DNA of 64,000 bases, taken from the NCBI GenBank assembly GCA_004431415.1, contig QPMI01000475.1, positions 1 to 64,000 on the forward strand, given 5' to 3'. Made by a program: the position numbers and the translations under genes. Shown piece after piece: positions 11,115 to 20,699 of the stretch. The DNA comes from Cyanophora paradoxa CCMP329. Taxonomy: Eukaryota; Plantae; Glaucophyta. Within the stretch, counting starts at the first letter, position 1. Every line of letters begins with the position of its first letter. The notes under the pieces were generated by a model that had not been told where the DNA came from, ran no database searches, and was given only the letters and a program-made list of their open reading frames with translations.

Positions 11115-11365
11115 ATTTATAGTAAGAAAACAATAAATTCTTTGTTTTATAAGTAAGATTAACTCGGAAATCGCGCTGCTATCTGCTTCTCCGCTTTCTC
11201 CAACCCTGAAAAGATCTCTGTTATTCTCTCATCTATCAATTTAGATATTACGGAGGTCTTACTTTCAAAAAAATGATGCTCGTGGGCAACCCAAAATGAT
11301 TTAAGGAAGAAGCGACAGTATAGAGTAAACCGGGTAAAAGATTTTCTCAGACGTAATTCAGTGTC

Positions 11366-11983
11366 ATGGCGTATCTCTTCGAAGGTGAGCCGATCTTCTC
11401 GGTTCCGATTGCTGAAATGCGATTTGGTGTGAAGGATATTCTTGATCTTGCTGAAACTATTGAGGTTTTGCATCGAAAGATTGGAACATACTCTTATCCT
11501 GGAATGGATCAAATGGTTTGTTTTGGTTATTTTCGGAGAAATTCGGATCGGATTTGTGCGAGAACTCGCGATGATCGGTTCTTCTTTAATCATGTGAATT
11601 ATAATGATCATGGTAAGTTTAGCCATCTTAATGAAGTGCGTAATGCTGAACTTGATTTCATCGTTGTTGTTAATTTTCATGATCTTCTTTTCAACACTAC
11701 AAAGACTCACGATGACGTAATTAATGCAATTGGGATATGCTATGGACAAGAAGAACATCGTGAACGTTACTATTTCCACATTCCAAGAGATCTTCGTGCT
11801 TATCATGCTAAGTTTGAAGAGCATGGATGGAAGATTGTGAACCGAGCGACTCTACGTAAATACCTTAAACAAAATGGCGCTCGTTGGGTTCGCGAAAACA
11901 ACAGATGGTATACAGAGGATCAGAATGGTGTTGTCGCTGATATCTTCAAACCATATATCCCAATAGTTAATCGTATCCAATAG
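11366..11983 (+). CDS. Hypothetical protein (205 aa)
   Basis: ATG-initiated ORF with virus-like codon use; no recognised motif. Confidence 0.65.
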   Translation: MAYLFEGEPIFSVPIAEMRFGVKDILDLAETIEVLHRKIGTYSYPGMDQMVCFGYFRRNSDRICARTRDDRFFFNHVNYNDHGKFSHLNEVRNAELDFIVVVNFHDLLFNTTKTHDDVINAIGICYGQEEHRERYYFHIPRDLRAYHAKFEEHGWKIVNRATLRKYLKQNGARWVRENNRWYTEDQNGVVADIFKPYIPIVNRIQ

Positions 11984-12869
11984 CTACAAACTCCAACTGA
12001 AACGAATTATCGATACCATTCATATCTACAAGATCACCAAAATAATCACGAAACTCAACTGTTAATTCACGAATAACAAGGTTTTTGTCTGTTATTTTTA
12101 TGTATTCACCATGCTCTCCGCTATGGTAAACATACTTCCCGATGTCCTGACTCAATTGTAATCGCAAGATCGCGCCTTGATTCTGCGGTTGCGATTTCGG
12201 GACTATATTGTGGTTCGATGCAAAAGAAGAGAGTTCCTTGATATGCATATACAAGTATTGCTCAGCGTTCATATCCGCCATCTTTGGACTTGTTGCTTTA
12301 TGTTGCAACGGCACCGGATCTGCACCATCAAACGTTATTCCCCATTGTGGGTGATTAGGTGTTATTGGTCTTCCTGCATAGGATAAGTAATTCTCAGGAG
12401 CAAATACAGACCTGTTATCTTCTAAATTATGTTGCTGGCTTACCAATAATGTAGAACTCAGACCAAGTAGTTTGGCGATTCTATTGTTTGACGCTGCTAT
12501 TTCAAATGGAACGCTGCTATAAAATTCTAACTTGTATGTCGTTGGATTGTAGTAGATCTTAAATAATATATTTTCAGTAACCGCAAAGTTTAAACCATAA
12601 TTATATGGTTGTGTCACTCCAAAATGCCCTTGGTTTACATAACCACTCGGTAATGGAAACAGTTGCTGATTAAGAGAAACACCGTCAATATTGTAACGAA
12701 TCATAATATAATCGGTTCCAATCGAATTATAGATGCTGTTGGGAATCTCTGCATACAAAATACGACACTGTCGCGGTCTGGTTATTGGTGTGGTAAGTGA
12801 GACCTTGTAAGCGTTTTCGTTTTGTCCATCTAATCGATCTCTACTATCGACATTGACAAGCCGAATCAT
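11967..12869 (-). CDS. Minor capsid (penton)-like protein 1
   Basis: VDSRDR...IPNSIYN and LTVEFRDYFGDLVDMNGIDNSFQLEF motifs. Confidence 0.78.
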   Translation of the reverse strand: MIRLVNVDSRDRLDGQNENAYKVSLTTPITRPRQCRILYAEIPNSIYNSIGTDYIMIRYNIDGVSLNQQLFPLPSGYVNQGHFGVTQPYNYGLNFAVTENILFKIYYNPTTYKLEFYSSVPFEIAASNNRIAKLLGLSSTLLVSQQHNLEDNRSVFAPENYLSYAGRPITPNHPQWGITFDGADPVPLQHKATSPKMADMNAEQYLYMHIKELSSFASNHNIVPKSQPQNQGAILRLQLSQDIGKYVYHSGEHGEYIKITDKNLVIRELTVEFRDYFGDLVDMNGIDNSFQLEFVAIGYD

Positions 12870-12897
12870 TTTATTATATGGTTATAGATAAAAGAAG

Positions 12898-13902
12898 ATG
12901 CCTGTGGAATACGTTGAAGTGTCTTCCTTCAAAACGCTACCTAATCTGGATGCTCCAACATCTCGGTTTGTTGCGGATCTCCCAAAGACGTATGAGAATG
13001 TAAGAGCGGTTCGCCTTGTCTCCGCTGAATTCTATAACTCCATCCCGCTCATTAGTGGTGAAACAGAACCTGGGGATGCAACAATAGAGGATGCCTTTAT
13101 TATCAATTTCAGCCAAAAGTCCACATCCACCGGTGCAAATGCTCCTGAGATTCTTTATGATAGTTGGCGTTCTATTAGACCTGGTGCAGGTCTAAAAACC
13201 CCAATCAATACTCATCAGCAACTCGTTGCCCGAATCAATAACCGTTTTGAGAATCTCTCGCCTCCTTCTGCAATTCGCTGTGGTTGGGATGTAACCCAAA
13301 AAAAAGTTATCTTTTATGCTCCTGTGGAGTTCTATATTTGCTTCTCATATGCAAAAGATCCTTCTGTTTCTGCAATCGAGAAAGCGCTACGACATGCTCG
13401 AATCTTGGGTTTGGATGCTGGACGCTGGGGAAACAAGTTTATTAAATCACAAGTCTATGGAACAGATACAAGCTCCGTTTTTACAGGTGCAAACGTAAAT
13501 GGTATTATCTCAACATTCCCCACAGAGACCTGCAAAGATAACGTCTTTTTCGTGAGAGTAAAAGAACTGGGTGACCTCGTCCAATGTGCCGATGGTCTCC
13601 TAACTGGATACTTCCATAAACTTATGGTTCAAGATAGAGAATTCGCGGAACACGTTGTTTACAATTCGACCGAAGCAAATCCGCTGTATAAATACTATAA
13701 TAAGAAACTATCACTATCGCAATTCTCGGTAGATATAGTGAATGCTCAAAATGAATTAATTGATTTCGAGGGGCAACCTGTGCATCTGACATTCGAAATC
13801 CGTTATGGTGATGAACCCGCCGGTGATCCCATTTATGAATATTTCAAAATGAGAATGAGAGAGACCCACCCCTTCTATCCAAATATTGCTGGATTCGCGT
13901 AA
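12898..13902 (+). CDS. Minor capsid (penton)-like protein 2
   Basis: F..DLP..YENVRAVRLVSAEF and FSVDIVNAQNELIDFEGQPVHLTFEI match the same fold family; lies immediately upstream of the MCP. Confidence 0.7.
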   Translation: MPVEYVEVSSFKTLPNLDAPTSRFVADLPKTYENVRAVRLVSAEFYNSIPLISGETEPGDATIEDAFIINFSQKSTSTGANAPEILYDSWRSIRPGAGLKTPINTHQQLVARINNRFENLSPPSAIRCGWDVTQKKVIFYAPVEFYICFSYAKDPSVSAIEKALRHARILGLDAGRWGNKFIKSQVYGTDTSSVFTGANVNGIISTFPTETCKDNVFFVRVKELGDLVQCADGLLTGYFHKLMVQDREFAEHVVYNSTEANPLYKYYNKKLSLSQFSVDIVNAQNELIDFEGQPVHLTFEIRYGDEPAGDPIYEYFKMRMRETHPFYPNIAGFA

Positions 13903-13956
13903 ATTAAGGATCATTCACAGAATTTTTATATTTTTGTATAGTAAAAGCAAAACAGA

Positions 13957-15354
13957 ATGGATGTTACCTCGACCCTTCAACGTCTTTCTCTGAAAGAGGC
14001 GCTAACAACGCCCGAGGAAGCCAAAGCGTTCTTCCTCGATAACTCGCTTATGCTTGGTCTTGAATCAAAGACGAAACCCGTTCTCGTTACTGTTAGTCCC
14101 TCGACAACCTATGAAAACAATGTAGGTCAACGCGTTTCTTTCAAACTTCCCCGCTACAACTTTGTTGGTAAAATCGAACTCGCTTTCGACCTTCCCGAAC
14201 TAACGGCTTTTGAAGGTGATACCGACCTGGTGCGAAATGGTTACACCCGTCCCATCGGTGCGCTTGTAGAGCGTCTTGAATTCTCGTATGGATCGTATAC
14301 CTACCACGTCCCAAGCGATTTTCTTGCGATTTTCCCACTGGTCTACTATTCTGAGGATCAGCTGGCGAAAAAGAAGCGTTCAATGGGAATGCTTCATGGA
14401 ATTCCCGCTCACGGAACCAACCGTAAAGGTGGCGCTTTCTTCGTTGAAATTCCGGTGCCGTGGTTGAACCACTACCTACCTCTTGGCGCTCTGAGCGGTG
14501 AAGCCGTAATCACTGTTTGGTTCAAAGAAGCTAACAAGGGATATCTTGAAACTTCTTATGGCGGTCGCGCTCTTCCGGTTGTGACAACCGCTGCGGATCA
14601 AACCGCAAATGACGGTCTCGGAAGCGCTACTGGTGTAACTCTTGCTAATGTCGGTCAAAACATCACCACTGGCGGTATTACTGGGTTCGAAGTTGCTGGA
14701 ACTGTTCCACCAATGACCCATTACATCTCCATTAAGTCTCCTCGTCTCTACATGCATGCTATTAACGTTTCTGATGAACTGTTCGCTACTGTTATTGAGA
14801 AGGTTAAGACCACGGGGATGGCTATTCCTGCTCTCGATATCGGTTTCGTTGATGCTATCGGTGTTGCTGCGAAAGGTAACACTCAACCCAACCGAATCAA
14901 TCTTAGCCAAATCTCTGGTCTGGTTTATGCTCTTCTTGTCTCTGTTCGCGATGCCGATGGTGTCGATACTTCCAATGGTTCTCACAGCGTTCTAAAAACG
15001 CTTGCGAACGCGAAGGATATCACGATGACCTGTGAGATTAACGGACAACGTCTTTACTCGACGGAGCCAATCCCGCTACTTAAAGGTGCGGAACTCATCG
15101 CCGATGCCTTCAAATGCTCGAATATGGACAAGGAAGCAAACCGTTACGTCCTTACTGGTCTTCCATTCTGTGTTGATGGTGAGAAGGCGATTCGCAACAT
15201 TGCCCAATCTGGATATGTTGATCTCACCAACTCGTCTTCATCATTCCTCACTCTATATCTTCCTGCTGATCGCACAATTACTGTTAACGTTCGCGCTCTC
15301 ATGCATTCGTTCATTATTGTCGATAAGGACGGAATTCGCCGCATTAATCTCTAA
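13957..15354 (+). CDS. Double-jelly-roll major capsid protein (465 aa)
   Basis: Size, position between minor capsid and ATPase genes, NCLDV/PLV-like motifs (GQRVSFKLPR, IELAFDLPEL, YLPLGAL..EAVITVWF, SGYVDL) and strongly biased codon use. Confidence 0.8.
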   Translation: MDVTSTLQRLSLKEALTTPEEAKAFFLDNSLMLGLESKTKPVLVTVSPSTTYENNVGQRVSFKLPRYNFVGKIELAFDLPELTAFEGDTDLVRNGYTRPIGALVERLEFSYGSYTYHVPSDFLAIFPLVYYSEDQLAKKKRSMGMLHGIPAHGTNRKGGAFFVEIPVPWLNHYLPLGALSGEAVITVWFKEANKGYLETSYGGRALPVVTTAADQTANDGLGSATGVTLANVGQNITTGGITGFEVAGTVPPMTHYISIKSPRLYMHAINVSDELFATVIEKVKTTGMAIPALDIGFVDAIGVAAKGNTQPNRINLSQISGLVYALLVSVRDADGVDTSNGSHSVLKTLANAKDITMTCEINGQRLYSTEPIPLLKGAELIADAFKCSNMDKEANRYVLTGLPFCVDGEKAIRNIAQSGYVDLTNSSSSFLTLYLPADRTITVNVRALMHSFIIVDKDGIRRINL

Positions 15355-15415
15355 ACCATTATCAGTAAGATTTCGTTATTTTTATCTATCTTTATTAAGA
15401 AAGATCTACTACGCC

Positions 15416-16198
15416 ATGTCTGACGTTCCCGAATTTAATGCTGCTGAGATGATTAAACCCCCTTTTCGCGTATTAGCAATCGGAAAAAGCGCGACGGGCA
15501 AGTCAGAAGCGGTGAAGTATTGGCTAAAACAACTTCACGATGCGAAAAAGTTAGATGTTGTTCTTGTTATAAGTGGGACGAGTTTCAATCATTTCTGGAA
15601 TGATGTTGCTACATTACAGCTCGGTAAATGGGATGCGCCTTACATTTCTAAACTTCTCGATGAAAGACAAGAGAAAATAGAGAAAGGAGAACCTGTAAAT
15701 CAACTGTTAGTTTTGCTCGATGATTTAATAGATAATGAGTTAGTCGACCTCACCCGTGATAAAATCATTGGTTCTTTGTATTCCCGTGGTCGCCACTCGA
15801 ACATATCGATTGTCTGTATCACACAGAAACTGCGTAAGGTTTCTTCAACCATTCGCGTCAATTCAGATTATGCAATGTTCCTAAGTGCCGCCAATCGCAA
15901 AGAACTGGAAGCCATTGAAGAAGAATACAATATCATGCGGGATAAAGACGCTTTCTATAAGATGTTTGAGGAATACGTTCACTCCTATCAGTTTCTCATT
16001 TGGAGTTCTGCGAATTATTCGGTGGAATACTATGTTGATAAAGCGGAACTCGTTAAAGACTTTAAGTTTCCTCGGTTCCATCGCAAACCAAAAAAGAAAG
16101 AAGATGAATTAAAACCGCCTGAGAAGGAGGAAGCGCCGAAAGAGATTAAAAGCGCTGTTCACACGAATAAGTTGATGCGATATAAGAGGGGATTGTAA
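15416..16198 (+). CDS. A32-like genome packaging ATPase
   Basis: Walker A GKSATGKS, Walker B LLVLLDD, and A32 motifs SRGRHSNIS and ITQ...IRVNSDY. True start is probably the ATG at 15416. Confidence 0.92.
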   Translation: MSDVPEFNAAEMIKPPFRVLAIGKSATGKSEAVKYWLKQLHDAKKLDVVLVISGTSFNHFWNDVATLQLGKWDAPYISKLLDERQEKIEKGEPVNQLLVLLDDLIDNELVDLTRDKIIGSLYSRGRHSNISIVCITQKLRKVSSTIRVNSDYAMFLSAANRKELEAIEEEYNIMRDKDAFYKMFEEYVHSYQFLIWSSANYSVEYYVDKAELVKDFKFPRFHRKPKKKEDELKPPEKEEAPKEIKSAVHTNKLMRYKRGL

Positions 16199-16226
16199 AA
16201 TTATCTCTGTATGTTATAAATATACA

Positions 16227-16958
16227 ATGCCGCCGAAACGTAGAGGTGTTCCCGCTGGTGCTATGTCATATTCCGGCGGTGAAAGTAATGGATCTCTCAA
16301 CACTACACCGATGAAATTCAACGGAATGAGCGAAGTGAAACCATCGCAACAGGAAGAAGACCCCTTAAATGCGGCGTATGAAGAAGCGCCCGGTGATAAA
16401 GCGCCGCAGACCTCCCAAAGTGAGCAACTGAACATTTCACCGGAAGTCTCGAAGATGAAGGCGGTCGGTGAAGGTGCGCGTCGAATTATCGGTGCTGCCG
16501 ATGATCGCGGACTGGGTCTGCAAGATCTTTCACTCGCTCGCAAAGGTGAAGGTGTTTCAAAAGAATCCGACAAGGTAATTCAATCGATGGCTGGTGAAGT
16601 AACTTACAAGGTTGCGCCAACTCAAAACATCCACCGGATCCCGAAAGCGCAATGGGATGAGATGACCGCTAAATTAAAGGATCTGGAAGCGAAATCAAGC
16701 GCTCTTGAACAGTATGTAACCGAGAAGAAGGAGAGATCGAAAATCAAGGAAATGCTGCGCAAAGAAGTATTCCGAATGGGTATTACTGGTGTTCCTGATA
16801 AGCAGTTTATTGGTAAGAAGGAGACCCAAATTGACGAACAAGCGGTAGATGAGTTGAAGACAAAGACCCAAAAGGGAACTGTTGAACCTGGTGCTACCAA
16901 AGCGGAAGTCGACAAAGGTGTAGCTCCCACAGCATACAAGCGGAGAGTTTGGCTTTAA
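16227..16958 (+). CDS. Hypothetical charged/coiled-coil protein (possible core protein)
   Basis: 243-aa ATG ORF following the morphogenesis module. Confidence 0.65.
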   Translation: MPPKRRGVPAGAMSYSGGESNGSLNTTPMKFNGMSEVKPSQQEEDPLNAAYEEAPGDKAPQTSQSEQLNISPEVSKMKAVGEGARRIIGAADDRGLGLQDLSLARKGEGVSKESDKVIQSMAGEVTYKVAPTQNIHRIPKAQWDEMTAKLKDLEAKSSALEQYVTEKKERSKIKEMLRKEVFRMGITGVPDKQFIGKKETQIDEQAVDELKTKTQKGTVEPGATKAEVDKGVAPTAYKRRVWL

Positions 16959-16984
16959 TTATATATTGTTTAAAGAGGGAATCA

Positions 16985-17203
16985 ATGGAGTTTCTGAAAA
17001 AGATCATTGAGATGTTTGAGATGCATTGCGTAACCGATTGTCACAATGACTGCTGCGATACGAAATTCGAAATGGATTTCTCAGATGGTGGAAGCGATGG
17101 AGGGCGAAGGCAATCACAAGATTCGATAACAACTGAGACAGTCACCGTTACAGAAACAGAGACTGTCCGTCGCCGATCGTTTGCGCAAAACGATCATAAA
17201 TAA
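16985..17203 (+). CDS. Small Cys-rich hypothetical protein
   Basis: MEFLKK...HCVTDCHNDCCD with an AT-rich TATA-like upstream region. Confidence 0.45.
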   Translation: MEFLKKIIEMFEMHCVTDCHNDCCDTKFEMDFSDGGSDGGRRQSQDSITTETVTVTETETVRRRSFAQNDHK

Positions 17204-17411
17204 TATCTTTGGTTATGGTATCAAATGTCATACGAAGAGATCTACTCCATCATACTATCGAAACGACAGATTTACGCCGTTAAATCTGCTATTGAAGAAC
17301 GTAGACACCAACTGGCTTTGGTCACCAAAAAATGACACTATAAACTACTTAAAGACGTAACGCATAATACAGAGTGGTAAAAGATTTTCTCAACTATATA
17401 TAAAGTGGAAC

Positions 17412-17648
17412 ATGGCGACTGTAATTCATATAACCGAAGACATGATTAGTGTTATCGAATTCGGCGAAGAAGAAGAGGAGACCCGCGCCAATTACAAGAT
17501 GAGAGATGCTCTCAGGAAGCGAACGCTCTACAACGAAGACCCGGTTTATCGGGAGTATAAGAAGGCGCAATCGCTCGCTTCATATTATCGTCGTAAGGAG
17601 CGGGAGGGAATTGAAAACAAGTCGCGGGGACGTCCACGAAAGTATTAA
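17412..17648 (+). CDS. Small basic protein with C-terminal AT-hook
   Basis: Ends in SRGRPRKY (AT-hook core RGRP). Confidence 0.6.
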   Translation: MATVIHITEDMISVIEFGEEEEETRANYKMRDALRKRTLYNEDPVYREYKKAQSLASYYRRKEREGIENKSRGRPRKY

Positions 17649-17854
17649 GGGAAACACCCATTTGACCGCTGAACCCAATTACTCATTTTTCGAGCGGTCT
17701 ATCGATATGCTTCGATAGATCCATTACCATCTCCCGATTGCCGTTTTTGGTAATTGAAGAGATATCAACCACTTAAAGGTTAGCCGCCAAAAAATGACAG
17801 GAAACCGGAGAAACTCTTTTCTCCATCATAGATAAGACACCCCCGATTATCGAG

Positions 17855-20206
17855 ATGAACGCTGCCGCCAAGAAATCCCTGAAACGCCTTGTTGATTGGC
17901 TTCGTGAAGACGATGTCCGGTCTGAGAATATCGTAATCCCCGTCGATCCCGATACCAAAAAACCCCTCTTCGCCCATAAAGACGGATCGTGGACTTGGGA
18001 TAAATTCGATGAAGCCCTGAAATCCGGTAAGTATACTGCTTGGGGCATTCTCGCTCGCAACATCGTGGTTATCGACTTCGACCAAGAGGAGGATTTCGCC
18101 AAATTCGAGGAGGAATATCCCGATGATTTCGGTGGTGTCAATCCTCTTGCTAAAACCAAAAAAGGATATCATGTTTACTTCTCTCGTCCTACTGACTTCG
18201 ATGCTGTTAAGCTCTGGGATAAAGCGGGTGCTTTCAAAGGTTATCCCAAGATTGACTGCAAAACAATTGCATCCACTGGAACGGCTGGGTTGATCAACGT
18301 TTCCCCAAGCCCTGGTAAAACTTGGATCAGAGAACCATGGGCGGAAGGCTGTGAGTTGATCGAACCGAGTGCTGAACTCCAAAAGTGGATGATTGAAAAC
18401 TACCTTTTTCCGAGAGGATCTTTCAGTTTCGTTGAAAAGGGTATTGAGGAGAACTTACAGAAAGCTATCTTTGAGAAACTGGAAGAATTTGGATTCATCA
18501 CACCCACGATCATCAATGAGACGGAGCATGGCTACAATTTCACTGCTGAAAACAAAGGGAATGATTGTCCTTGTTGCAATCGAGTTCACGATTCCAACAA
18601 TTGGTATGTGATTCGAGGAAAAGAGAAGGGCATATATATCGTTTCGAGTTACAGTGCGAATTGCAAGAAGCGTTCTATCATCGTGCGAGTCAAAGAGGAG
18701 ACTTTGGCTAATATCGATCACCTAATTGATAAGTCTACGGGTTCAGATGGCGGGCATTATGATGTTGCGGATGTTGCTTACCTCATTCTGCGGGAAAGCT
18801 ACAAGTTTTCGAACAAGACTTGGTTCAAGTTCAATGAGAAAAGTGGTATTTGGGAGATGGATGATACTGGAAAGCGAATCTATCTTTGTCTGAGTGCGAA
18901 AGTTTGTCCTGCTTATCTGAAACGTGCTATTGAATACTCAACAAAAGCGCTTCGTGATGAAGAGAACCGTAATATGTTCGAAGAGAAGGCAAAGACGTTG
19001 CTTGGAATTGCAAAGATGCTGAAACAAACTTCATATCGGAGGTCGGTTATCAATGATCTCGAAGTTTACCTGAGTGATAGATTGTTCTTTGGGAAACTTG
19101 ATACTGTTCCCAACGTGATCGGGTTCACAAATGGAGTATTCGACTTGAAGACTATGTCTTTTCGCAAAGGAGTTCCGGATGATATGATCAGTAAGACTGT
19201 TGGCTATGATTACACCACAGAAATCGATCAAGAGAAAGTTGAGAAACTCAAATCGATTTACGCTGATATTATCGAATGCCCAATTGATCGTAACTACGTT
19301 CTCGGTTCCATTGCTTTCTCATTGTCTGGTAAGATCGAAAACCAAAAATATCATTTCTGGACTGGAATTGGAGCAAATGGTAAATCACTCCTTCAAGAGT
19401 TGGTGAAAGATACCTATGGTGAATACTATGGATCTCTTGATATGTCGTATTGGACGAAACCAAAGAAAAGTTCATCGGAGGCGTCACCCGAACTTGCCGA
19501 TATTCTTGGAAAAAGGATTGTTTTCAGTAATGAAGCGGAAGATGGCGATAAACTTCAACTCAACAAGATTAAACAGATCAGTGGAGGCAATGAGTTGAAG
19601 GTTCGCGCTCTTTTCAAGGATCCCGTAGTCTTTGTTCCAATGTTTCAGCTGTTCTTGTCAACAAATGACAACCTTGGATTGAGCAAACCCGATAACGCAA
19701 TTGAGAGGCGGACATCTTACTACCGGTTCAAGTGTGTATTCAAACCAAACCCTGGTGAAGGCGAGAAGTTAGCCGATACATCACTTATGTATCTTCTGCG
19801 TGACGATGATGATTACAAGATGGCTAACATGTCAATCTTCTTGGAGATGTGGAAATCCCAAGATCTTCTGAAATTGATGAAGAACCCGCCACAGACCATC
19901 ATTGATGAAGGAGCGAGTTACTTTGCTGAAAATGATAAGATCGGCGAGTGGCTGCGCAACAACTACGAGAAAACAGGAAGCCGGACTGATTTCGTCCCAA
20001 GTGACACGATCATCAAGGGGTTCCGTTCTGTTGATGAGAAAGCGGATCCCATCAGCATTGGTAAGCCAGTTCGGGAGATCTACAATATCAAATCTGAGAC
20101 CAAGAAAGAAAGAGGTCAGGTATCCCGTGGATATTTCGGATTGAAGAAGAAACAGATCGGAGAATTCGTTGATGATGATGGAATCGACAGCGATATCGAG
20201 GCTTGA
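17855..20206 (+). CDS. AEP (Prim-Pol) primase, Zn-ribbon and D5-like SF3 helicase
   Basis: VVIDFD and TKKGYHVYF (AEP motifs), CPCC..H..C, IGFTNGVFDL (D5_N), Walker A GIGANGKS, and motif C LSTND. Confidence 0.92.
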   Translation: MNAAAKKSLKRLVDWLREDDVRSENIVIPVDPDTKKPLFAHKDGSWTWDKFDEALKSGKYTAWGILARNIVVIDFDQEEDFAKFEEEYPDDFGGVNPLAKTKKGYHVYFSRPTDFDAVKLWDKAGAFKGYPKIDCKTIASTGTAGLINVSPSPGKTWIREPWAEGCELIEPSAELQKWMIENYLFPRGSFSFVEKGIEENLQKAIFEKLEEFGFITPTIINETEHGYNFTAENKGNDCPCCNRVHDSNNWYVIRGKEKGIYIVSSYSANCKKRSIIVRVKEETLANIDHLIDKSTGSDGGHYDVADVAYLILRESYKFSNKTWFKFNEKSGIWEMDDTGKRIYLCLSAKVCPAYLKRAIEYSTKALRDEENRNMFEEKAKTLLGIAKMLKQTSYRRSVINDLEVYLSDRLFFGKLDTVPNVIGFTNGVFDLKTMSFRKGVPDDMISKTVGYDYTTEIDQEKVEKLKSIYADIIECPIDRNYVLGSIAFSLSGKIENQKYHFWTGIGANGKSLLQELVKDTYGEYYGSLDMSYWTKPKKSSSEASPELADILGKRIVFSNEAEDGDKLQLNKIKQISGGNELKVRALFKDPVVFVPMFQLFLSTNDNLGLSKPDNAIERRTSYYRFKCVFKPNPGEGEKLADTSLMYLLRDDDDYKMANMSIFLEMWKSQDLLKLMKNPPQTIIDEGASYFAENDKIGEWLRNNYEKTGSRTDFVPSDTIIKGFRSVDEKADPISIGKPVREIYNIKSETKKERGQVSRGYFGLKKKQIGEFVDDDGIDSDIEA

Positions 20207-20256
20207 AGAAGAAAATCAAAATAATATATTTAACTGATAATTCATTTTTTATAACT

Positions 20257-20414
20257 TTACTGAATATGGTAAGGGTAACAGAGGTAACGGATTTAATCGA
20301 GGGTAACGGATTTAATCGAGGGTAACAGAGGTAACGGATTTTGCGCAACTTTTTGAAAATCTCGATCTTAGGGGAGAGGTTGGGAAAAATCCGTTACCTC
20401 TGTTACCCTCGATT
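20257..20414. promoter_or_regulatory. Internal iteron/hairpin cassette (putative origin) downstream of the primase-helicase
   Basis: 29-bp stem at 20314-20342/20386-20414 built from GGTAAC(A/G)GA units; the iteron block is preceded by TTACTGAATATGGT. Confidence 0.55.
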
Positions 20415-20699
20415 GATCGATGAAAAAAATGACAGATTATTTAAAAAATCATTGTGTGTATCTCTTGACAGAAAATGGATTACTTTGGTGACATTCGGAA
20501 GCAGATTGTTGAGAACAATGATATTGCAGAGGTGGCGGATTACATCGCAAAGATAAGAGCAATCAATGGTCGACCCTATCAAAAGAAGCAAGTATATTCA
20601 AACAGTGTGACTGTGTATATCCCGAAAAACGCGAATGTGAGAATCATTAGAACTTAATGCGTTCAAACTCCAAAATAAAAATGTTCCTTTATAGCAAAG

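Larger units (their letters stand above)
9588..11265 (+). repeat. Left terminal inverted repeat of the inner element (1,678 bp)
   Basis: Reverse complement of 37589-39267; only one substitution and one 1-nt indel noticed. Confidence 0.95.

Noticed and set aside
11159-11824. 221-aa minus-strand ORF
   Set aside because: Antisense shadow of 11366..11983 joined to the TIR copy of the AdoMetDC tail; no credible start.
15032-15415. N-terminal extension of the ATPase ORF
   Set aside because: It overlaps the MCP and the intergenic AT-rich region; the ATG at 15416 fits better.
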